A stretch of 64,000 nt of DNA from a virus (Duplodnaviria; Caudoviricetes). Location of the stretch: IMG/VR virus record IMGVR_UViG_3300003320_000853. One strand, written 5' to 3'. The notes beneath the pieces are model-generated. The model ran no database searches. It saw only the letters and a list, made by a program, of their open reading frames with translations, and was not told the origin of the DNA. This document shows positions 56,426 through 64,000 of this stretch, one piece after another. The translations under genes and the position numbers were made by a program. How positions within the stretch are numbered: the first letter of the stretch is position 1; the number at the start of each line of letters is the position of its first letter.

Positions 56426-56799
56426 TCCTCAAGCAACGCCTCGTCCCCAACAACCAAACACTCTTCGATCTGGTCGACATCTTCCAGAACGATGGCATCA
56501 CTCGGGTGACGGGGCTGCCGCCCTTGCAGGCACAGGTATTCCTGAACAACGTCTCCCAGCCCTGGGGAACGGTCTCGGGTGCGATGGTTTCGGACGCCCA
56601 AGTGGTCTCCGGAACCATCTACTGGAACGAGGTCGCGCCCGGTGCGGGTCTCTACGGCGTCCGATGGCGACCGAATGCCGTTGGGTTCTGGAGGCTGGCT
56701 TTCACTTATACGCCAGTTCCGCAAAACGTCACGCTCGACTACGATGTGATCGCGAGCGCCCCCTCTTCTGGGGGATTGCAATTTTCATTTATCTCTTAG
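56422..56799 (+). CDS. Hypothetical virion protein (Ig-like)
   Basis: GTGA coupling; E...GLY.VRW.P...G.W pattern. Confidence 0.6.
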   Translation: MILKQRLVPNNQTLFDLVDIFQNDGITRVTGLPPLQAQVFLNNVSQPWGTVSGAMVSDAQVVSGTIYWNEVAPGAGLYGVRWRPNAVGFWRLAFTYTPVPQNVTLDYDVIASAPSSGGLQFSFIS

Positions 56800-56818
56800 G
56801 TGCATCGACGGACGTTCG

Positions 56819-57202
56819 ATGCCCAAGAGCACCTATCAAGCCACCAATGTGTTGGAAGCGACGCTGAGGCAGGTGCCTTTCGTTGCACCGTCCGCGATCT
56901 TTGTGGCGCTCTACACGGGTGCCCCGGGAATCTCTGGAGGGGGTACCGAGGTCTCGGGTGTGAATTACGCCCGACAACAGGTTGTCTTCGTTCCGTCGTC
57001 GGGGGGTCAGACGACGAACGAATTCGATGTTCTTTTCCCGATCGCCTCGACGGATTGGGGGGTCGTGGTGGCCTACGGCCTCTTGGACGCCATTACCAGT
57101 GGGAATCTCTTGTACTTCTCCAACCTGAGCAACCCCAGGACCATACTCACCAATGATCAACTCAAGTTCACAGCAGGGCAAATTGCTGTGGTTGAGTCGT
57201 AG
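56819..57202 (+). CDS. Tail/fiber-associated virion protein, paralog 1
   Basis: FVALYT..P...GTEVSG..YARQ...WG.....L.DA.TSGNLL. Confidence 0.7.
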   Translation: MPKSTYQATNVLEATLRQVPFVAPSAIFVALYTGAPGISGGGTEVSGVNYARQQVVFVPSSGGQTTNEFDVLFPIASTDWGVVVAYGLLDAITSGNLLYFSNLSNPRTILTNDQLKFTAGQIAVVES

Positions 57203-57210
57203 GAGTCCCC

Positions 57211-57597
57211 ATGGCTGGCAAGAAGCAGGCGTTGGAAGTTCAGATCCTCAACGCGATCCTCCGGAACACCACGTACACGAGCCCCACGACGGTCTACGCC
57301 GGGCTCTTCACCACGGCGCCCACGGACACGACAGCCGGAACCGAGTGTTCGGACTCGGGGTACGCTCGGCTGGCGGTGACCTTCGGCGCGCCGAGCGGGT
57401 CGCCCTCTCAGACGGCCAACACCAACCAGCTCGACTTCGGGATCGCGGTCGCGTCTTACACCGTGGTGGCGTTCGCCATCTTCGACGCGGTGTCGTCCGG
57501 GAACCAGCTCTACTGGAACACGGTCACCAACAAGACGATCGCCATCGGGGACCGTTACCAGGTGCCGATCGGCAACCTGACGATCTCCGAGGACTGA
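57211..57597 (+). CDS. Tail/fiber-associated virion protein, paralog 2
   Basis: YAGLFT..P....GTE....YAR...IFDA.SSGN.LY. Confidence 0.7.
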   Translation: MAGKKQALEVQILNAILRNTTYTSPTTVYAGLFTTAPTDTTAGTECSDSGYARLAVTFGAPSGSPSQTANTNQLDFGIAVASYTVVAFAIFDAVSSGNQLYWNTVTNKTIAIGDRYQVPIGNLTISED

Positions 57598-57602
57598 TCG
57601 GC

Positions 57603-57950
57603 ATGCCCTTCGCCAACAAGGTCAAGGAAACCACGACCACGACGGGTACGGGGACGATCACGCTCAACGGCGCCGTCTCCGATGCCAGGTCGTTCGGGTC
57701 CGTCTTCCCGGACGGGACGACGATCACGTTTCAGATCGATGACGGCGCGGGGAACTGGGAGATTTCCACTGGGAGCATCGGGGGGAGCGGAACAACCCTG
57801 ACGAGAGACATCGTCGAGGACTCCAGCAATTCCGGGGCGTTGGTCAGCTTCGGTTCTGGGGGCAAGGTCGTTTTTCTACCTTTGTCCGCAGGGAAGGTGA
57901 TCGAGAGCGGATCCGCTCTCGCGATGTCTCTGGGCATGAACCTTCCGTGA
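57603..57950 (+). CDS. Virion protein
   Basis: KVKETTTTTGTGTITL, WEI..G, TLTR..SSNSG..V.F..G.K.VF. Confidence 0.7.
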   Translation: MPFANKVKETTTTTGTGTITLNGAVSDARSFGSVFPDGTTITFQIDDGAGNWEISTGSIGGSGTTLTRDIVEDSSNSGALVSFGSGGKVVFLPLSAGKVIESGSALAMSLGMNLP

Positions 57951-57960
57951 GGAGGCTAAA

Positions 57961-58185
57961 ATGATCGCTGGCACAGTGTCTGGTTACTGGTGGTACCTGA
58001 CGGCCTTCGGTATCGTGATGAGCGGGTCGCAGATCGACAACGACCTCTACCAGCTCGTCGCTGGTGGCGAGGCGAATGCCTCGGTCACCCTGGGCATCCA
58101 GGACGCGAAGGCGACGAACCCCGCCCTCAAGTCGTTCGCCGACTATCAGACGGCCATCACGGCTCTCGCCATCCCGTCCTCCTGA
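57961..58185 (+). CDS. Hypothetical protein
   Basis: SD GAGGAGG. Confidence 0.65.
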   Translation: MIAGTVSGYWWYLTAFGIVMSGSQIDNDLYQLVAGGEANASVTLGIQDAKATNPALKSFADYQTAITALAIPSS

Positions 58186-58233
58186 ACTCCGAGCATGGGC
58201 TCGGCACGGGTCGAGCCCGAGGCCACATAGCCC

Positions 58234-58641
58234 ATGACCGCGAACACCTCCCCCATCTACACGAAGACCCCGAACCACGGGTTCGGGGTCGTTGCTACCG
58301 CCAACACGGCGATGGACGGGACCGGGACCGTCGTGACGGTCTTCACGGCCGGCGCGTCGGGTTCCTACGTCAGTGAGATCGTGTTCAAGTTCGCTGGGAG
58401 CTCGGTCGCGACCGTTGCCCGCATCTTCGAGAACAACGGATCCTCTACCAGCGTTGCGGCGAACAACTCGCTCGTCATGGAGCAACAGCTACCCAACGTC
58501 ACCGCCAGCAACAGCACGCCGCAGCCGGACATCGTCGTGCCGGTGAACCGGACCCTTCCTGCGGGATACAAGTTGACCGTAGCCATTGGCACCACGGTGG
58601 CGTCAAACATCGCCATCACGGTTCTCGGAGGCGACTACTGA
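58234..58641 (+). CDS. Small beta-sandwich virion protein
   Basis: MTANTSPIY..P, DGTG, FTAG..GS, VARIF, ends GGDY. Confidence 0.7.
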   Translation: MTANTSPIYTKTPNHGFGVVATANTAMDGTGTVVTVFTAGASGSYVSEIVFKFAGSSVATVARIFENNGSSTSVAANNSLVMEQQLPNVTASNSTPQPDIVVPVNRTLPAGYKLTVAIGTTVASNIAITVLGGDY

Positions 58642-58940
58642 TGAAATACTACCGCCTCGAAGTGAAGGAATTCGCTCCGTACGCGAAGCGTCTCCCGCAT
58701 CCGGATCGTCCTCCGAAGCTGGTCCCCTCGACGGCGGATCGGCCCGGTCACCACGTGTACGAGGGGGAAATGCTGAACGACCCCATCCGTACGTTCTACG
58801 TCCTCCAGGAGATCGACTCCCGGGGAGCTCTCTGTCGGCACTGCGACCCAGACACGGGGGCGACGGTCGATCTCCCGAAGATCCACGAGGCGCAAGTCAT
58901 CGACGACGATCATCCTACGCCTCCATGGGCAGCTCGATAG
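58641..58940 (+). CDS. Hypothetical protein
   Basis: TGATG coupling. Confidence 0.6.
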   Translation: MKYYRLEVKEFAPYAKRLPHPDRPPKLVPSTADRPGHHVYEGEMLNDPIRTFYVLQEIDSRGALCRHCDPDTGATVDLPKIHEAQVIDDDHPTPPWAAR

Positions 58941-58943
58941 CCC

Positions 58944-59831
58944 ATGTTGGACCACCTGGCATGGCCTGATCGGAACGTCCTCAAGCGCACGTTCTTTTCT
59001 CCTGCGGGGTCGGGGAATCGCCACTGGCACAAGCAACGTGGTGCCAGGCTCTGTTATATCGAGATCGTGGGCGGTGCCGGGGGTGGTGGGGGCGGCTTCA
59101 CCCGGGCGGTTAGTGCTCAAGGTGGCGGTGGTGGTGGCGGCGGTGTCTCCGGAATCGCTCGCCTTATCATCCCTGCGCAATTCCTCCCGGATGTTCTTTG
59201 GATCATCCCGGGATTTGGGGGCGCGGGGTCTACCGGGAGCGGTGTTGCTGGAACGGCGGGTACAGCGTCGACCATCTTCGCCTACGAAGGCTATACCCAG
59301 ATCATGTCAGTCGCTGGCGGCGGCGGCGGCGGAGCTGGGACCGGCAGTGCTGCCGGCGGCGCGGGAGCGGCTGGAACCACACCCTCCAACGGGTCGAACT
59401 TCCTGCCGTACCAAACCGCGTCGACCTTTCTGGCGGGCGTCGCTGGGGTTGCAGGATCTGCCTCCGGCACAGGTCTGAACTCGTCCTTTACGCCCTTCTC
59501 TGGGGGAGCCGGTGGGGCCGGGGTCAACTCCAGCAACACGGTGGCGACCGGGGGCAATGTCTTCGTGAACGCCCTCACGAGCTGGCCTCCCACCTTGGGG
59601 GGTGCGGGGGGTGCTTCTGGCGGGACAGCGGGGGATGGTGGCCAGACGATCATTCGGAGGATGATCCTCGGGACGGGCGGGGGTGGAGGGGGTAGCTCGG
59701 GGACATCTGGAACGGGTGGCGCGGGCGGTCCTGGGGGCATTGCTTGCGGCGGCGGCGGTGGAGGAGCAGGCGTGACCGGAGGTCCGGGCGGTAGGGGTGG
59801 GAACGGGTACGTACTGATCATTGAATTCTAA
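58944..59831 (+). CDS. Glycine-rich fiber/tail accessory protein
   Basis: W.K..GA...IEIVGGAGGGGGG ... GG.GGNGYVLI. Confidence 0.75.
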   Translation: MLDHLAWPDRNVLKRTFFSPAGSGNRHWHKQRGARLCYIEIVGGAGGGGGGFTRAVSAQGGGGGGGGVSGIARLIIPAQFLPDVLWIIPGFGGAGSTGSGVAGTAGTASTIFAYEGYTQIMSVAGGGGGGAGTGSAAGGAGAAGTTPSNGSNFLPYQTASTFLAGVAGVAGSASGTGLNSSFTPFSGGAGGAGVNSSNTVATGGNVFVNALTSWPPTLGGAGGASGGTAGDGGQTIIRRMILGTGGGGGGSSGTSGTGGAGGPGGIACGGGGGGAGVTGGPGGRGGNGYVLIIEF

Positions 59832-59840
59832 GGGGTAGGC

Positions 59841-62600
59841 GTGGGTATCGGCTTTACCCCTCTATCCGAAGGCCCGATCGGGAACTTTCCCAACGATGAG
59901 ATCCTCATCGGGATCTCGGGTCTTGGGACGCTTACTTCTACAGGCGTCGATGTCCACGTAGGGAGCGGATCTTCGACGGGCGCCGCGGTCCTTTCTTGTA
60001 CGGGCGTTGATGCCCACGTTGGAACGTGCTCCTCCTCTGGCGCTGCAACGGCAACGTGTGCCGGCGTTGTAACGGGGACCACGATCACAATTGCAGGCGT
60101 TGGGACCCTCTCCTGCGTTGGCGTCGATGTTCACGTTGGATCCGCTGCTATCTCTGGGGTGGGAGCCCTCACCTCGGGCGGGATCGACGCTCACATTGGG
60201 TCGGGATCCTCCGCGGGCGTCGGATCGGATGCTGCGGTTGGCGTCGATGTTCACGTCGGGTCCGGTACCAGCGCTGGCGTAGGTACGGCATCCGGATCCG
60301 GCGTCGATGCCCATCCCGGAACGGGATCGAGTGCGGGCGTCGGTGCAGCTTCTGCATCCGGTATTGATGCCCATGTCGGCACCCTTGCCAGCTCGGGTCT
60401 CGGGACCGAGACGACCTCCGGCATCAATGTCCACGTTGGGTCCCCCTCTATCTCCGGGCAGGGGACAGCAACGGCGACGGGGGTCGATGAACACCTCGCG
60501 ACTGTCTCGATCACGGGCGTCGGCACCCTTTCATGTACCGGCGTCGATGCTCGCATTGCCACACAGACGAGTGCTGGATCTGGTACAGCTTCGGCGTCTG
60601 GTGTCGACGCCCATCCGGGAACGGCAGCCATCTCGGGCGTCGGAGCTCTCTCTTGTGGGGGCGTGGACGTTCATGTTGGGGCGGCGACCATCGCTGGCCT
60701 TGGAACGGAGACTTGCAGCGGGGTCGACGTTCACATCGCGTCCGTATCGAGTTCGGGGCAGGGATCCCTATCTTGCTCGTCGGTCGATGCCCATCCCGCT
60801 ACCGCATCGAGCTCGGGGACGTCGTCCCTCTCTTGCTCCGCCATCGAAGCCGTTCCTGCCACTTGGAACTCGGCGGGTCTCGGAACTGCGTCGTGCGTTG
60901 GGGTTCTCGTCGATGCGGCCCTCGTCCAGATCGCGGGAACGGCGACCCTCACCAGCGCGGGCGTGGACGTTCATGTTGGGACGAACGCAAGTTCGGGCAC
61001 TGGCGTCGCTTCGGGTTCCGGGATTCAGGCGGTTCCAGGCACGGCATCGATCTCGGGGACGGCTACAGCTTCATGCACCGCGGTCGATGCTCATCCGGGA
61101 ACGGGCACGTCCGCGGGACATGGCACCCTGTCCTGCTCGGCGATCCTCGCCCGCACGGGGGTTCTCAGCTCGGCCGGAACTGGGACGGCGGCGTGTGATG
61201 GGCAAGTCGAAAACCCGACCGGCGTCGAAGCGGATGGGATCGGGGTTCTCACCTGTGCTGGCATTGATGCCCATGTCGGGGCTCCCGCTGCCTCTGGGGT
61301 GGGATTCGCGATCTCGGTCGGGGTCGATGCCCACCTCGGAGCCTTGTCTTCCGCGGGCGTCGGAACCCTCTCCGCAACCGGCGTCGATGCCCGGGTATCG
61401 AGCGCGTCCCTCTCCGGAGCAGCGACGGCGACGGCGGCAGGAATTCAGGCGGTCCCTGGCACGGCGTCCGCACATGGGGCAGGGTCTCTTGCCTGCTCGG
61501 CCCTGCAAGCGGTCCCAGGTGTTCTGGCTGCGCATGGTGCGGCCACGGCTTCCTGCTCGGCTCTACAAGCCGACGTGGGGCTATGCCAGGCCTCGGGCCT
61601 CGCGACCACAAGTTGTGCAGGGGTTCGTACTCACGTCGGCATTCTCTCGGCGGCGGGAAGTGCGTCCGCTTCTGTGTCAGGTGGGCAGACCATCATCGGG
61701 ATCGCAGCGGCGCAGGGGTCTGCCGTTGTCTCGATCACGGGAGTCCATACGCATGTCGCGGCCCAAGCCGCCAACGGTTCGGCCTCCGCAGTTTGTGATG
61801 GCAATGTCATTCAGCCCGAGCACCTTGAATCACAAGGGGAGGCGGTCCTTGGAGTCCAGGGCGTTCATGTCGTAACGCTGCCCGTCAGCATCCTCGGACA
61901 GGGGACTCTCCTGTGTGCTGGGGTTCGCGTTGAAACCAACACGGAACACAGCTCGGGCATCGCCGTCGTTATTCCCGTCGGGCATCTGCTCGCCGTGGGG
62001 AATTTGCTGGCCCATGGCGCCAGTGTGTTGGTGTGTATTGGGGTCAACCACCCGCCGGTCGCCGGGCAGGTCCCGTTCCTTGGGTTTGGAGATACGCATG
62101 CCAGTGTGATCCGTATCGACTACCTGACGGCGGCGTTTTTGGGCGATGGGGCTGTGTTTCTCATCGGGTACCCAGAAGCTATGGTGGGGGTCGGGTACCT
62201 CACCGCGGTCCTGAACATCACGAACCTCCCGCCCATCAATGTCCCGCGTCCGCCGACTTTCCCCTTGGGCCATGTCTTCACCAGCGGGGACTTGACCTTC
62301 CAGGTCAAGGATGCGGCGGGCAATCCTCTCTCGCCGTTCGTGCTCACCTACGCGATCTTCCAGGTAAGGGCGGGGAACGTCCTCTTGCCCTTTGGCGACC
62401 CCAAGAGGCGGCCGGTGATGGGCATGGACGGACAGTTCTACCCGAGCTTCCTGGCCGACGACTTGGGGCAGCCGGGAGACTTCCTCCTCCGGTGGACCTA
62501 TCAAGAAAGTTTTTCTTCGCCCCCCGTTGTGAAGGACATCCCGTTCCGGATCAATGGGACCAGAGCGAATGGCACGCGAACACAGCGAGGGTGGTTCTGA
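59841..62600 (+). CDS. Long fiber-like protein of 20-aa repeats with a C-terminal Ig-like domain
   Basis: Tandem G(V/I)D(V/A)H(V/P)G..S..G.G..S repeats. Confidence 0.8.
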   Translation: MGIGFTPLSEGPIGNFPNDEILIGISGLGTLTSTGVDVHVGSGSSTGAAVLSCTGVDAHVGTCSSSGAATATCAGVVTGTTITIAGVGTLSCVGVDVHVGSAAISGVGALTSGGIDAHIGSGSSAGVGSDAAVGVDVHVGSGTSAGVGTASGSGVDAHPGTGSSAGVGAASASGIDAHVGTLASSGLGTETTSGINVHVGSPSISGQGTATATGVDEHLATVSITGVGTLSCTGVDARIATQTSAGSGTASASGVDAHPGTAAISGVGALSCGGVDVHVGAATIAGLGTETCSGVDVHIASVSSSGQGSLSCSSVDAHPATASSSGTSSLSCSAIEAVPATWNSAGLGTASCVGVLVDAALVQIAGTATLTSAGVDVHVGTNASSGTGVASGSGIQAVPGTASISGTATASCTAVDAHPGTGTSAGHGTLSCSAILARTGVLSSAGTGTAACDGQVENPTGVEADGIGVLTCAGIDAHVGAPAASGVGFAISVGVDAHLGALSSAGVGTLSATGVDARVSSASLSGAATATAAGIQAVPGTASAHGAGSLACSALQAVPGVLAAHGAATASCSALQADVGLCQASGLATTSCAGVRTHVGILSAAGSASASVSGGQTIIGIAAAQGSAVVSITGVHTHVAAQAANGSASAVCDGNVIQPEHLESQGEAVLGVQGVHVVTLPVSILGQGTLLCAGVRVETNTEHSSGIAVVIPVGHLLAVGNLLAHGASVLVCIGVNHPPVAGQVPFLGFGDTHASVIRIDYLTAAFLGDGAVFLIGYPEAMVGVGYLTAVLNITNLPPINVPRPPTFPLGHVFTSGDLTFQVKDAAGNPLSPFVLTYAIFQVRAGNVLLPFGDPKRRPVMGMDGQFYPSFLADDLGQPGDFLLRWTYQESFSSPPVVKDIPFRINGTRANGTRTQRGWF
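59920..62050 (+). repeat. Degenerate 60-bp coding tandem repeat
   Basis: GGCGTCGATG(C/T)(C/T)CA(C/T) recurs at about 60-nt spacing. Confidence 0.8.
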
Positions 62601-62985
62601 CATTGCGGTGCGCGTTGCCCGCCGGTACTCCGGGTCAAAGCAGGTAGCCTTGAACCAGGACTTCTGGTTGACGCCTTCCGACATCGCCGAGGTCTGCCCG
62701 CCCTGTGCAACACGGATGGCGAGCCTCGGGATTCGCCGGATCCGGGCATCGGTGATCTTCGGGCAGGACATGCTCCGGCTGGCTTCGTCTGCGCACACAG
62801 CCGAGGCGTGGAAGAACCTGCCCGAGGGCTGGACGGACGACTCTCGGCGGAAGTTCTGGGAGTCCATCGGGGGATCTCTCCAGAAGTGCATGGCGAAGGT
62901 CGAGGGCCACGTGACCGACCCTGGAGCATTCGCCACCGCGCTCCGGGATCGGATCGAGCAATCCGGTTGGAAGGGACCTACATGA
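62569..62985 (+). CDS. Hypothetical protein with IxxRVxxRY motif
   Basis: DIAVRVARRY; CPPC; WKNLPEGW; start uncertain. Confidence 0.6.
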   Translation: MAREHSEGGSDIAVRVARRYSGSKQVALNQDFWLTPSDIAEVCPPCATRMASLGIRRIRASVIFGQDMLRLASSAHTAEAWKNLPEGWTDDSRRKFWESIGGSLQKCMAKVEGHVTDPGAFATALRDRIEQSGWKGPT

Positions 62986-63623
62986 GCACGTTGACGCAGC
63001 GGGTGATTAGGCGGTTCAAGAGAGCGTCTACCCGCACAGCGTCGAAGTTCGTTCCCCTGGGGGATGAACTAGACGACTTGAAGCGCTTCCCCAAGAAGCT
63101 CGCCGGCTATGTGGCGGACTTCGAGCAGGCTCTACAGATTCTAGGAAAGATCCAGGAGGTCTTGGAAAGCAAGCGCCTCGGAGAAGTTCTCCGTTCCGAT
63201 ATGGAGAATCTTGCCGAAGTCCGAGGTCTTGCCAAGAAGACGGAGGAATATCTCCGTGATGCCCTGACGGTCAGCGCCTACTATGTCGCCGAGTACACGA
63301 AGGGGGTCGCCTATTTGAAAGCGCACCCTGACAGTGAATTCAACATGGACGATCACCCCCATGATCACCATCTGCCCGCGCAGATGCGCGCCCTCAATGA
63401 GGGCTTGGGAAAAGCCTTCGCGGGGATCAAATCGCTCGACCTCGTCGATGACCTTCAAGATCATCTGGGAAGCAAACCCCTTGCCTCGGTAAAGAAGCTG
63501 CTTGTAGACATTCCGACGACGCCGCACGAGACTTCTGCGGAGTTCGGCTTCCTCGATACACTCGCCGACTCGATCGACAACGCCTACGACTTCACCATCG
63601 AGACCATCTCGGAGGACGCGTGA
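62982..63623 (+). CDS. Helical protein with LxxRVxxRF motif
   Basis: ATGA coupling; MSTLTQRVIRRF. Confidence 0.7.
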   Translation: MSTLTQRVIRRFKRASTRTASKFVPLGDELDDLKRFPKKLAGYVADFEQALQILGKIQEVLESKRLGEVLRSDMENLAEVRGLAKKTEEYLRDALTVSAYYVAEYTKGVAYLKAHPDSEFNMDDHPHDHHLPAQMRALNEGLGKAFAGIKSLDLVDDLQDHLGSKPLASVKKLLVDIPTTPHETSAEFGFLDTLADSIDNAYDFTIETISEDA

Positions 63624-64000
63624 CCATCAGCCTTGCCCGACGTGTGCTCCGTCGATACCAGCGTCAGGTCCGAGGGTCCTCGAATGATTGGTACTTGTTC
63701 GAGGATGCGTGGACAGAGATCGAGGCATACCCCGGGAAGATCAAAGCCTATGCGGGGGAGTACGCAAAGGTGATCGCTGCCACGGAGAAGGTCCAGGAAC
63801 TCTTGAAGAGTCCGCCAATTGCCCGGGCCATCAAGGCAGACAAGTCTTTTCTTGCGGGGGTGCAGGAACTCGCGAAGGATGCAGACAGTCTCATCGAGGA
63901 TCTGCGCAAGTTCGACAAAGCCTACTACAAGACCGTTGAGGAGGCGCGGGTTTTCCTGAAGGAAAACCCCAAGGGCAAGTTCGAATTCAAGTCTCTTCGG
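63620..64000 (+). CDS. Paralog of the preceding gene, 3' truncated by window (absent from ORF track)
   Basis: GTG start, SD GGAGG; (M)TISLARRVLRRY...YPGKIKAY...EKVQELLKS...FLKENP aligns with FPKKLAGY...GKIQEVLES...YLKAHP. Confidence 0.7.
   Translation, partial: MTISLARRVLRRYQRQVRGSSNDWYLFEDAWTEIEAYPGKIKAYAGEYAKVIAATEKVQELLKSPPIARAIKADKSFLAGVQELAKDADSLIEDLRKFDKAYYKTVEEARVFLKENPKGKFEFKSLR

Noticed and set aside
59920-62050. 60-bp periodic DNA as a CRISPR array or DGR repeat
   Set aside because: Degenerate at synonymous positions and in frame within a long ORF; no reverse transcriptase in the window
1-64000. tRNA, rRNA or integrase genes
   Set aside because: No cloverleaf-like or recombinase signature recognised by eye; tRNAscan-SE or Infernal would be needed to exclude them

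Overview
This 64 kb GC-rich window reads as part of a large, probably jumbo, tailed dsDNA phage genome, coded almost entirely on the + strand. Positions 1-21.1 kb are a nucleotide-metabolism, replication and recombination block: class II RNR C-terminus, NAD ligase, RecD2, SSB-like protein, RuvC, RecA, an apparently split Rad50/SbcC with Mre11/SbcD, Cas4/AddB-like nuclease, beta-clamp, primase, DnaX, a NusG-5' nuclease fusion and a sigma-like HTH protein. Positions 21.2-43.4 kb cover head morphogenesis: TerS candidate, TerL, three tandem decoration-like paralogs, portal, prohead protease, scaffold, decoration protein and HK97-fold MCP, followed by a terminator. Positions 43.5-48 kb form an accessory island with a class I terpene synthase plus a STAS/SEC14-like gene, divergent from UNG. 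Positions 48-64 kb hold virion, Ig-like, fiber and repeat proteins and an Endo VII-type HNH gene. The accessory genes suggest a myxobacterial host (inference). Patterns not explained by the gene calls: a GGTGTAG element about 9 nt before SD-less starts, an AT-rich TCYNYTTAT element before structural genes, a shared N-terminal LxxRVxxR[YF] peptide on many unrelated late proteins, a PTAWEHLL C-terminal tag, and capsid-derived fragments outside the head module. All calls come from reading motifs by eye; no database searches were run.
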